Source of the DNA: a virus
Lineage: Duplodnaviria; Caudoviricetes
Strand: one strand, 5' to 3'
Virus record (IMG/VR): IMGVR_UViG_3300037991_002725
Coordinates: 1 to 35,954 of that record
Length of the DNA stretch: 35,954 bases
Shown: positions 27,415 through 34,602 of the stretch, one piece after another
How the letters are laid out: each line of letters starts with the position of its first letter
How positions within the stretch are numbered: position 1 is the first letter of the stretch
The notes under the pieces: generated by a model
Seen by the model: the letters and a program-made list of their open reading frames with translations, nothing else
What the model was told of the DNA's origin: nothing
Database searches by the model: none
Program-made: the position numbers and the translations under genes

Positions 27415-27510
27415 TCACTTCTCCATGTAACTACCACAATAGGGACACATTGTATTAGAACAATTATCAAATGGAATTTTCACCTTATAACACATTATAC
27501 AACTCAACAC
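27415..27510 (-). CDS. 31-aa CPxCG zinc-finger microprotein
   Basis: GTG start behind GAGGTGA: MLSCIMCYKVKIPFDNCSNTMCPYCGSYMEK; not in the ORF track. Confidence 0.65.
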   Translation of the reverse strand: MLSCIMCYKVKIPFDNCSNTMCPYCGSYMEK

Positions 27511-27513
27511 TAA

Positions 27514-28626
27514 TCACCTCGCTAACATATCTCTCCAATCAAGAGATTTCTTTTCTGTATCAGGGTCAGGTCTTTCTCCGAAAACCAATGGGCTTCTCGC
27601 AACATCTCCACTTGCTTGTTTGAAGTGCATCTTCATGCCCTTCCTCTTAGCAAGTTCAAACGCCATCAACTTAACTTGTCTTCTTGATAACTTGAACCAA
27701 CATTCTTCGATATCATTTGGAACGTTTATTCTCTTAAGGCTCTCAACCGCATCTGACTCTTTCTCATTCTTTATGTCTTGAGCCTGTCCTACAATTAATC
27801 TTCTAACTTTACTATCAGGAAATGACTTACCCTCTGTTCCGTTATTCAACTCTGTTTCCACTATGGCTCTCAATACAGAAATTGTGAGGGCAGTAGTTGC
27901 AGCCTTCTTACCCTCAATAGGAACAGGGTTATCTTTGTTGATAATTATTGGGGCATCTTCAATATCTTTGATAGCCTGTTTAACTATCATATGTAGGCTT
28001 GGAGAATTGAAAGGAGCATTAGTTCCTCTACCATAAAGTGCTTGCCAAAATGGTGGTGTGGCAGCATTCTTGGAATCATTATACCATTCAGATGAAACTG
28101 CGGGAACATCCTCTTCTTTCAAATCTCTAACAGTTTCATACTCATCAGTTCTATAATGTCCATAAACAGGTTCAGTATCTAATACTCTTCCAGTGTCTTC
28201 TGACCAATCTACTGGATTAGAGAATACAACGTTACGAGGGTCAGCAGAACTTCCCTCAATTCCATCCATTAGTTTGTCTAATGCTTTCAAAGCAGGTAAC
28301 TGTGCTTTCGACATATCAGGTTTAGAGAAGATAGTCTTCAACGCCTTGAAGATAGCAACTCCACCTTTGCCCTTTATCTTACTTCCAGTCTTTCCCTTGA
28401 TTCTTCCAGTTACTCCTTGATTCTTCACTACATCGAGTAAACTCATGTTACTGGCTTCAGGACTAATCATCCCGATTGAATCACCTGCAAGTCCATCGGC
28501 TTTTCTTTCCCACTCTTGGAAAGCCTGTCCGAAAGACCTCTTACTTACGTTGATTGTAGCGTCTGTCCCGTCTGGTAATTTCGTCTTGATACCTTTGTCT
28601 TTTGAGACTCTTTTTCCTTTTACCAC
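27514..28626 (-). CDS. Hypothetical protein ending in W-tag-like motif
   Basis: 370 aa, GTG start behind GGAGGGG; ends KKSLDWRDMLAR. Confidence 0.85.
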   Translation of the reverse strand: MVKGKRVSKDKGIKTKLPDGTDATINVSKRSFGQAFQEWERKADGLAGDSIGMISPEASNMSLLDVVKNQGVTGRIKGKTGSKIKGKGGVAIFKALKTIFSKPDMSKAQLPALKALDKLMDGIEGSSADPRNVVFSNPVDWSEDTGRVLDTEPVYGHYRTDEYETVRDLKEEDVPAVSSEWYNDSKNAATPPFWQALYGRGTNAPFNSPSLHMIVKQAIKDIEDAPIIINKDNPVPIEGKKAATTALTISVLRAIVETELNNGTEGKSFPDSKVRRLIVGQAQDIKNEKESDAVESLKRINVPNDIEECWFKLSRRQVKLMAFELAKRKGMKMHFKQASGDVARSPLVFGERPDPDTEKKSLDWRDMLAR

Positions 28627-29149
28627 GTCTTTTTCCCCCTCCCGTTTTATTGTTGAATAATGCTGATGTCCCGCTTGAGGTTGACGTTACTGCTCCTCCC
28701 ATTCTTAGTATGTTAAACCAAGAATCATCATCGGTGCTTAGTGAACCCTGCATAGTCGCACTATGATGAAGACTATCAAACTTGCTTAAGTTGTTAGGAA
28801 CAAAATAAGAGTTGGTCATTCTATCTCCTGTTCTCATCATTACATAGTTAGCATAGTCTTTCACGCCCTTCTTACTTCTCATAATTGAATTAACTCCTCT
28901 TTTGTAATATGCCATTTCCTTTTCATTTTCTTTCATTGGATTAAGTTTAGCCCACTCAATAAAATAACCGTCATCTCCAAAGATTTCTTCTTTTATGAAC
29001 GGAATAATATAACTGGTTAATTGATTGGGTAACTCAATGAACTGTCTTTTTAGCCAACCTAAGAAATCATCTTGTATAGCCATCAAAACATATTGAGGCA
29101 TAGTTGCCATATTTGTCAACATATTACGCAAAACTTCTCGCCAACTCAT
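28541..29149 (-). CDS. Hypothetical protein with N-terminal and internal W tag
   Basis: Start re-set to MSWREVLR (ATGA overlap); internal SWFNILR; basic tail overlaps the next gene by 86 nt. Confidence 0.75.
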   Translation of the reverse strand: MSWREVLRNMLTNMATMPQYVLMAIQDDFLGWLKRQFIELPNQLTSYIIPFIKEEIFGDDGYFIEWAKLNPMKENEKEMAYYKRGVNSIMRSKKGVKDYANYVMMRTGDRMTNSYFVPNNLSKFDSLHHSATMQGSLSTDDDSWFNILRMGGAVTSTSSGTSALFNNKTGGGKRRGKRKKSLKRQRYQDEITRRDRRYNQRK

Positions 29150-29421
29150 TTCTTCTTCCTCTTCTTTGGCGTAAGTATGTTCCTTGCAGTTTGGCAACAG
29201 AACCTTATCTTCTGAGTTGACTCCAACTTCCAAAAAGAATCTCTTTCCAATCCGAACTTATCTTCAATGTGACAACACAACTCATACCTACTCATACTTG
29301 CAAAATCATCATCAATCTCTAAACCGAGAACTGGCCCATCAGGATGAACAAGTTGTTTATCCAACCAAACATACGTGTTACCCATTAACGAAATTAATTT
29401 TCTAATTAACCACTGTTTCAT
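29146..29421 (-). CDS. Hypothetical protein (91 aa)
   Basis: SD AGGTGA; ATGA overlaps at both ends. Confidence 0.8.
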   Translation of the reverse strand: MKQWLIRKLISLMGNTYVWLDKQLVHPDGPVLGLEIDDDFASMSRYELCCHIEDKFGLERDSFWKLESTQKIRFCCQTARNILTPKKRKKK

Positions 29422-29783
29422 ACTAAATCACCTGTAACAATACGATGAGTGTTTTCATCTGAACCAAGCCATGAAAGTAAACTGATAACTCTTTCATTAT
29501 GGCTTTCAATATCCCTCCTTGTTTCTGACACTAAGTTTCGTGGATGCAGAGTCGGGTCAGTAGAATTAACAATTGGATGGTCAGGATATGGTTCAACGGG
29601 ATTCAACAAAGGAAACTCTTCATTATTGATACTGTTGATTTTTCTAATTTCTTTATTGATACGCTTATGTCCAGTAAACGTAATGCTTCTATTACGCTTT
29701 ATCCAATCAATAGTCGCTTCTTTAGTTTCTTGATTTTCAATAGGTTGAGGCGACCTAAACTTGAGAATTTCAAACCAACTCAT
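29418..29783 (-). CDS. Hypothetical protein with W tag
   Basis: MSWFEILK; ATGA overlap. Confidence 0.8.
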   Translation of the reverse strand: MSWFEILKFRSPQPIENQETKEATIDWIKRNRSITFTGHKRINKEIRKINSINNEEFPLLNPVEPYPDHPIVNSTDPTLHPRNLVSETRRDIESHNERVISLLSWLGSDENTHRIVTGDLV

Positions 29784-30508
29784 TTCTTACCACCTAAACG
29801 CTTTTGCCTATCTTGTAGTTGTTCATTGTCTTGCCAAGTTTCAGGCCATATGTTTCTAAAATTAACATTACCTTGTTTTTTGTATTCTTTGAATCCATGA
29901 ACTGAATTTAATATTATGACTTTTCTAGCAGTCGAAAAAGCACTCAAATCTTCTTTAGGATAAACTTCAATCATAAACTGAGCAACACTTCTATTCAACA
30001 AGTTAGAACCTGTCATCGGTCTTTTTATTCCTTGAATTGTATAATTCAGAGTAGCGTCAACATTTCCTTCACCTGCTTGGTTTTTCTTACCTGCTGAAAC
30101 GAAGGAAGTGTAATTACCAAGACCTTGAACATTATTGTCTATTCCTAAAATAACATCTTTCAACGGGTAATCCCTATGATTGCCAACTCTACTAAACTTC
30201 TGTTGTGCGTCAAAATGTGGTCGGACAATAACAACTGTTCCATTGTTAGTTTGAAACATAGCACCGCTATCTGAAGATGTGCCTTCTTTATCATCTTGAA
30301 ATATTCTGTTTGAGAATCTAATGAAATTAGGCATACCTGCAACAGAACCATCTGAACTTCTTAGTTTTAGAATGTCAAGCCAACTATCGGACTCATCCCT
30401 CTTGTGAAGTACGTCAAACCATAGGTCAAAAGATTCTACCCCGTCTTTTTTCAAAAAATGGGCTGGAATTTTTTTGGGACTAGCAAAATTTTTTTCCATC
30501 TTTTTCAC
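29780..30508 (-). CDS. Hypothetical protein with two tandem W-tag copies near the N-terminus
   Basis: LWFDVLHK and SWLDILK at about residues 30-50; exact start uncertain (GTG 30508 or ATG 30499). Confidence 0.8.
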   Translation of the reverse strand: MKKMEKNFASPKKIPAHFLKKDGVESFDLWFDVLHKRDESDSWLDILKLRSSDGSVAGMPNFIRFSNRIFQDDKEGTSSDSGAMFQTNNGTVVIVRPHFDAQQKFSRVGNHRDYPLKDVILGIDNNVQGLGNYTSFVSAGKKNQAGEGNVDATLNYTIQGIKRPMTGSNLLNRSVAQFMIEVYPKEDLSAFSTARKVIILNSVHGFKEYKKQGNVNFRNIWPETWQDNEQLQDRQKRLGGKK

Positions 30509-30526
30509 CTATAACCAGAATAAAAA

Positions 30527-30754
30527 TCATTTAGCGTCAAAGCCCTCATAATCTGTTAAGCGTGTTTGCCTGAATACCTTGTTTAATATCTCATTACCGA
30601 GTTGTTTTGTAGCGGTTTTTATTGCAACTAATTTCTTATCCAAAGAAGGTTCTAACTTCCCTTGAGCCTTTATGTTGTCAATTTCTTCTCGTATTGAGGC
30701 TAGTATGGTATTGGCGTTTTTTACCAGTTCTAAAATAACAGCCTCATCAGTCAT
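30527..30754 (-). CDS. Small helical hypothetical protein
   Basis: 75 aa, first gene of the leftward operon; TTTGTATAA about 20 nt upstream suggests a leaderless start. Confidence 0.75.
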   Translation of the reverse strand: MTDEAVILELVKNANTILASIREEIDNIKAQGKLEPSLDKKLVAIKTATKQLGNEILNKVFRQTRLTDYEGFDAK

Positions 30755-30826
30755 TGATGGTCGCTAAGAGGTTATACAAATTAACTTTGGGTAATAGAAA
30801 CAATGAAACAAAAAAATTTTGCAATG

Positions 30827-30851
30827 CAAAGCATATGGTTGGATAACTTTG
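30827..30851. repeat. Palindromic element, degenerate copy
   Basis: CAAAG-CATATGGT-tggataa-CTTTG (left spacer missing). Confidence 0.65.
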
Positions 30852-30895
30852 TATAAACGACCACAAAGCCCCGTTAGGGACAATGGGTTTTATGT

Positions 30896-31642
30896 TCACT
30901 CTTCCTCTTCTGAGGCATTGCGAGCAAGTTTGGTCGCTTCTTCCCTTTGTGCGATAATATCGGGTGAACACTCTGATTCAGAGTGAGTCTTCACATCAAA
31001 GGTGCAATCAGTAGTATGGGGCTTGAAGATACGAAGTGCATCTTCGACTTTACTCTTGATTATACCAAAGTCATTCAAAGTGATATCAACCATAACTGGC
31101 TTTACTCTATCCGCTTTGAGAACTCTGTCTAAGGTTAATGTGGTGGTTAGAGTTAACTCTACACCATCAGCAGTATTTCGTAGTTTAGGGGTTAGAGTAA
31201 CTGTTCCCTCATAACCGTCATCATCAAGAGCATAAGAGAGTTCAGCCCTATTGTATGGTAGTTCTCCTTCAAAGGTATCAAGACCCAAGTAGAACTTTGA
31301 CCCTTTAGGTTGTTGCCAAACCAACTTGCTCTTTGTGTTGGTATGACGAATGTAGGAGGCATCGAAGTTGTTTTCCTTTAACTGCTCGACATACTCTTTA
31401 GCGTCTGAAAGATACTTTGCCATGAATGCAGTCTCTCCATCTAAGGTGATTTCGTATTCATATGATGTTTTCTCTTCTTCGACTTGACCATATGTTATAG
31501 ATGGTGGGTCGGATGAATAATGCCAACTGGTCAAAATCAATCCACTGTCCATAAGTCTCTCTGCGACTTTGCAAAATGCTTGGTCGCCCATCTTCTTGTC
31601 GGTATACTGGTATATTGCCTTCTGTTCGTATGTTACGCTCAT
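30896..31642 (-). CDS. Hypothetical protein (248 aa), leaderless
   Basis: Long ORF; CTTAATACC box about 20-28 nt upstream of the ATG, no SD. Confidence 0.85.
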   Translation of the reverse strand: MSVTYEQKAIYQYTDKKMGDQAFCKVAERLMDSGLILTSWHYSSDPPSITYGQVEEEKTSYEYEITLDGETAFMAKYLSDAKEYVEQLKENNFDASYIRHTNTKSKLVWQQPKGSKFYLGLDTFEGELPYNRAELSYALDDDGYEGTVTLTPKLRNTADGVELTLTTTLTLDRVLKADRVKPVMVDITLNDFGIIKSKVEDALRIFKPHTTDCTFDVKTHSESECSPDIIAQREEATKLARNASEEEE

Positions 31643-31683
31643 AGTATTACTAAGAAGTAGTAGGTATTAAGGTAGTCTCTTTA

Positions 31684-31706
31684 CAAAGTATATCCTACCA
31701 TATGGT
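31684..31706. repeat. Palindromic element (left arm plus core)
   Basis: CAAAG-tatatcct-ACCATATGGT. Confidence 0.85.
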
Positions 31707-31785
31707 AATAGAAATAAACTGACATTTGCAAATGGTGAAATGTAACGTGTCAAAATTGACAGTAAAAATGGCTCACAAAACCAGC

Positions 31786-31823
31786 CGAAGCAATTTTTTA
31801 CAACCATATGGTTTAGTGCTTTG
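31786..31823. repeat. Palindromic element
   Basis: CGAAG-N12-ACCATATGGT-N6-CTTTG. Confidence 0.85.
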
Positions 31824-31867
31824 CGGAAAGAACCCTAATTATACCTGAAAAGGGAGGTATATACTAC

Positions 31868-32131
31868 ATGATGAGAACAATGTATGCCATAAAGAGCAGA
31901 AACTACGCAACTGACACAGTTAGAATCACAGAATACCACCAACATGAGAGAAGTGCAATTCGGGAAGTGAAAAGATTGAATGCAATACAGATAGACAGAT
32001 TGACTGCTGAAATTGCAACCCTCAATGGTGCTATTCGTGGTAAGGGCGTTGAAAGGATGCACCAAATCCGTGAAATGCTCAAAAACCCCCAGTATTTCAT
32101 TGAACCGATTAGGGTTCAAGACGGATACTGA
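31868..32131 (+). CDS. Hypothetical coiled-coil protein (87 aa)
   Basis: TTATACC box about 23 nt upstream, SD GGAGG, followed by a cUUCGg hairpin. Confidence 0.8.
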   Translation: MMRTMYAIKSRNYATDTVRITEYHQHERSAIREVKRLNAIQIDRLTAEIATLNGAIRGKGVERMHQIREMLKNPQYFIEPIRVQDGY

Positions 32132-32133
32132 TT

Positions 32134-32155
32134 GGACTGCCTTCGGGCATCCTTT
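32134..32155 (+). terminator. cUUCGg hairpin plus short U-tract
   Basis: GGA-c-TGCC-TTCG-GGCA-TCC-TTT, starting 3 nt after the stop. Confidence 0.75.
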
Positions 32156-32170
32156 CAGGGTTTAACGTCA

Positions 32171-32208
32171 CAAAGTTCGTGCCAACCATATGGTTGTAAA
32201 TTGCTTTG
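32171..32208. repeat. Palindromic element
   Basis: CAAAG-N9-ACCATATGGT-N9-CTTTG, between convergent genes. Confidence 0.9.
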
Positions 32209-32218
32209 CGAACATTAG

Positions 32219-32230
32219 ACCCCGAAGGGT
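32219..32230 (-). terminator. cUUCGg hairpin
   Basis: Minus strand ACCC-TTCG-GGGT downstream of 32284..32793, preceded by a second GC-rich stem at about 32231-32271. Confidence 0.65.
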
Positions 32231-32283
32231 GTAGGAGGGGACTGAGGTGAAATTAGGGTGTCCCCCCCTACTTTTGAGTCCGT

Positions 32284-32793
32284 CTAATCCTCCTTTTGAG
32301 GTATAAGGTTGATTAGAGGCTTACCATCAGCGAACTGATAGTCTTTTGATGTTCCACGCATTGCAGAGTGAACCCTTGAGTCCGTTGAACTCAATTGATA
32401 GTCTGCATACTCTTCGGCAGTGGCGAAAACTCCGCCTCCGCCTCTTTTGCTCTTCACTTCATACATTTGAAGGAAGTTTGACGCATTCCATGCACTAATC
32501 AAGGCACTTCGGGCATCATTTCGGCTTTCGTTGTATGTTGCAAGCATACCCGCATCAATCGAAGAGGCTTTGCCTGTTCTGAATGGTGATGTTGGTATAT
32601 CCATAAAGAGAGTGCGAACAGTAGACATGATTCTTGCCCTTCGGCCTTCATCAGTCTTACCCTTCTTCATGATTCGGTCAAGAGAATCTAAATCCTCTTG
32701 ATATGACTCATGTTCGGGGTCATTCCATCCCTTGTTTGCTCTTTTCCATGCGGTTATCTTCTGAGTGAACTCAGTCCATTTATTTTCGGTCAT
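32284..32793 (-). CDS. Hypothetical protein, paralogue of 34603..35073
   Basis: Start re-set to MTENKW behind AGGAG; the longer ORF would run through the palindrome. Confidence 0.85.
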   Translation of the reverse strand: MTENKWTEFTQKITAWKRANKGWNDPEHESYQEDLDSLDRIMKKGKTDEGRRARIMSTVRTLFMDIPTSPFRTGKASSIDAGMLATYNESRNDARSALISAWNASNFLQMYEVKSKRGGGGVFATAEEYADYQLSSTDSRVHSAMRGTSKDYQFADGKPLINLIPQKED

Positions 32794-32861
32794 ATTTGTT
32801 TCTCCTGTCGTTTTAGACGGTATATTACCCGTATTTAGGGTATTAGGGTATTCAAGATTCA

Positions 32862-32900
32862 CAAAGTAGTTCATACCATATGGTTGGAAGAGGCACTTTG
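32862..32900. repeat. Palindromic element
   Basis: CAAAG-N8-ACCATATGGT-N11-CTTTG. Confidence 0.9.
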
Positions 32901-32912
32901 TCGAATCAGGCA

Positions 32913-32926
32913 CACCCCGAAGGGTG
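32913..32926 (-). terminator. cUUCGg hairpin
   Basis: Minus strand CACCC-TTCG-GGGTG, 7 nt after the stop at 32934. Confidence 0.7.
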
Positions 32927-32933
32927 GCTTACG

Positions 32934-33254
32934 TTAATCCTGTGAAAGTATCTCATCACAATCAAGACCATCAAGATAATCGTTAATATCAGTTGATTGC
33001 CATATGTCCTTCCCACAATCTGAGCAATAAAAGTTAACTTCAATTTCGGGTTCTTCAATCTCATAATACTGTTTACCGTATTGACGTAATAAAGGGCGTT
33101 TCATAACTTCGGAGTCCTCCGCTATCAGAATCCTTGTGCCTTGAACGTATGAATTACGATGTTCGCAGTATGCTTGTATTTCTTCCGTTGCTAAATCCGA
33201 ATAATAATCTGCTAACATCTCGTCATCCTTGTCTTTCTGTGCATCATAATCCAT
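32934..33254 (-). CDS. Acidic hypothetical protein, possible zinc ribbon
   Basis: Start MDYDAQ behind GGAGG; CEH..CSDCG. Confidence 0.8.
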   Translation of the reverse strand: MDYDAQKDKDDEMLADYYSDLATEEIQAYCEHRNSYVQGTRILIAEDSEVMKRPLLRQYGKQYYEIEEPEIEVNFYCSDCGKDIWQSTDINDYLDGLDCDEILSQD

Positions 33255-33510
33255 TGTATTCCTCCCATTCACCATCAATCTCAATCATTGTCTGAGTAGG
33301 CCATTTAGTATCTTCATTCAAATCATTGGAGACATCTTCTTCTACGACAGTGCCATCTTGCAACTCCATGTGTAGTGTGCAATACTTCACCCAAAATCTA
33401 ACTACCTTGCCTGTCTTGAATAATTCTACATTTTCCAATTCATCTATTTTGAATGACATCCAGCAATTGTATGTTAGTTCTATCTCTGTTATGTCCTTTG
33501 TCTCAACCAT
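33244..33510 (-). CDS. Acidic hypothetical protein (88 aa)
   Basis: SD GGAGG; tightly packed operon. Confidence 0.8.
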   Translation of the reverse strand: MVETKDITEIELTYNCWMSFKIDELENVELFKTGKVVRFWVKYCTLHMELQDGTVVEEDVSNDLNEDTKWPTQTMIEIDGEWEEYNGL

Positions 33511-33639
33511 TTAATCAGCCTCCAATTCAGAAAGGTATTCATCAACCACACTAGAAACGTCATTAGGCATATCTGATACATACACCGTTTCTCCATTCTC
33601 TAACGTTACTTCAATTCTCCAACTTGTTATTATACTCAT
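33511..33639 (-). CDS. 42-aa microprotein
   Basis: MSIITSWRIEVTLENGETVYVSDMPNDVSSVVDEYLSELEAD; SD GGAGG; ATGA overlap; not in the track. Confidence 0.75.
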   Translation of the reverse strand: MSIITSWRIEVTLENGETVYVSDMPNDVSSVVDEYLSELEAD

Positions 33640-33767
33640 AATCCGTATTCCTCCAGTATCTCATTAACTCTACACATACATTCATCCCATTCACCAAAGA
33701 ACTCTTCATCTTCCGGCTTGATTGTTATGCTTCCGCATTTCTTGCAACGTATGCAATCTATGAACAT
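33636..33767 (-). CDS. 43-aa Cys-rich microprotein
   Basis: MFIDCIRCKKCGSITIKPEDEEFFGEWDECMCRVNEILEEYGL; SD GGAGTGA; not in the track. Confidence 0.7.
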   Translation of the reverse strand: MFIDCIRCKKCGSITIKPEDEEFFGEWDECMCRVNEILEEYGL

Positions 33768-33898
33768 GGCATACTCACTCCACAATTATCATTAATGCAA
33801 ATATACCAAACAATTCCGCCATCTCCCGGCATCTTGTAGGTAAACCCTCTCTCATATCCTGTTCCGCATTCTCCGCAATATCCAACTATTTCATCCAT
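33758..33898 (-). CDS. 46-aa zinc-ribbon microprotein
   Basis: Start MDEIVG behind GGAGG; CGECG..CINDNC. Confidence 0.75.
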   Translation of the reverse strand: MDEIVGYCGECGTGYERGFTYKMPGDGGIVWYICINDNCGVSMPCS

Positions 33899-33900
33899 TC

Positions 33901-34068
33901 TTATTCCTCCGTATATCCATCGAACCACATTCCACGCTTGCTTAAATCCGAACAAGTTGAACCACTCGTTTCGGGGTCTTTGCAGTGTTCTTGTGCTTCT
34001 TCAAGAGTTAATCCTCTCTTGATTGTTCTATTATTTCCATCAAATCTAAATCTAATTATCTTATACAT
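33901..34068 (-). CDS. 55-aa hypothetical protein
   Basis: Start MYKIIRF behind GGAG; GLTLEEAQEHCKDPETS..WFDGY. Confidence 0.8.
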   Translation of the reverse strand: MYKIIRFRFDGNNRTIKRGLTLEEAQEHCKDPETSGSTCSDLSKRGMWFDGYTEE

Positions 34069-34172
34069 TAGTATCTCTCCGTTGTTATGTGTAGGCATCT
34101 TTTACAGGCATACCCTTTCCTTGTCCATTTGTGTTCCATTACGTGTAAACACCCTCTGCAAACTTTCATCAT
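34068..34172 (-). CDS. 34-aa zinc-finger microprotein
   Basis: MMKVCRGCLHVMEHKWTRKGYACKRCLHITTERY; SD GGAGG; overlaps both neighbours; not in the track. Confidence 0.7.
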   Translation of the reverse strand: MMKVCRGCLHVMEHKWTRKGYACKRCLHITTERY

Positions 34173-34471
34173 ATTCCTCCGCTCCTTTTGTTTCTTGATG
34201 TTGTAATGGTTGTAATGAACTTCAACCTATCGTATTTAGGATTCGTTCCCTCCAACATTTCAGCCAACTCTCTACACTGTTCATGTGTTAATTCTAAGTC
34301 TAACGCCATCTCAACAAGCCAATTGTAATGTCTTCTCGTAAAAAGATTAGATTTACCACTGACTTTAGGGTAAGCATTACCCTTTAGAGTTGCACCACAT
34401 GAACATCTTATCATTATCAAGTTCTCTGTGTCGTCTTCCGTATGGTCTGTCCCGCATATCTTGCATTTCAT
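34169..34471 (-). CDS. Zinc-finger hypothetical protein (100 aa), leaderless first gene of operon
   Basis: CKICG..CSCG; CTTATACC box about 20-28 nt upstream. Confidence 0.8.
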   Translation of the reverse strand: MKCKICGTDHTEDDTENLIMIRCSCGATLKGNAYPKVSGKSNLFTRRHYNWLVEMALDLELTHEQCRELAEMLEGTNPKYDRLKFITTITTSRNKRSGGI

Positions 34472-34514
34472 ACTATTTGACTACTAATGAAGGTATAAGT
34501 GGGGTTCTTACCGA

Positions 34515-34548
34515 CAAAGTGCAAAACCATATGGTAAGAGATACTTTG
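34515..34548. repeat. Palindromic element
   Basis: CAAAG-N6-ACCATATGGT-N8-CTTTG. Confidence 0.9.
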
Positions 34549-34581
34549 TAATCTCAAACCCCAAAGAACGGGTGCTTAGAA

Positions 34582-34600
34582 GGGTAACTGAGAGTTACCC
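34582..34600 (-). terminator. Hairpin immediately after stop
   Basis: GGGTAAC-tgaga-GTTACCC, 2 nt after the stop at 34603. Confidence 0.6.
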
Positions 34601-34602
34601 GC

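Noticed and set aside
35-29900. Numerous plus-strand ORFs of 60-170 aa opposite the morphogenesis genes
   Set aside because: Antisense shadows of long minus-strand genes, with S/F/L-rich composition, no SD and no motifs.
30747-30971. 74-aa minus-strand ORF
   Set aside because: Overlaps the end of 30896..31642 and runs through the palindrome and hairpin region; no SD.
31835-32119. Minus-strand ORFs opposite 31868..32131
   Set aside because: Promoter box, SD and terminator all support the plus-strand gene.
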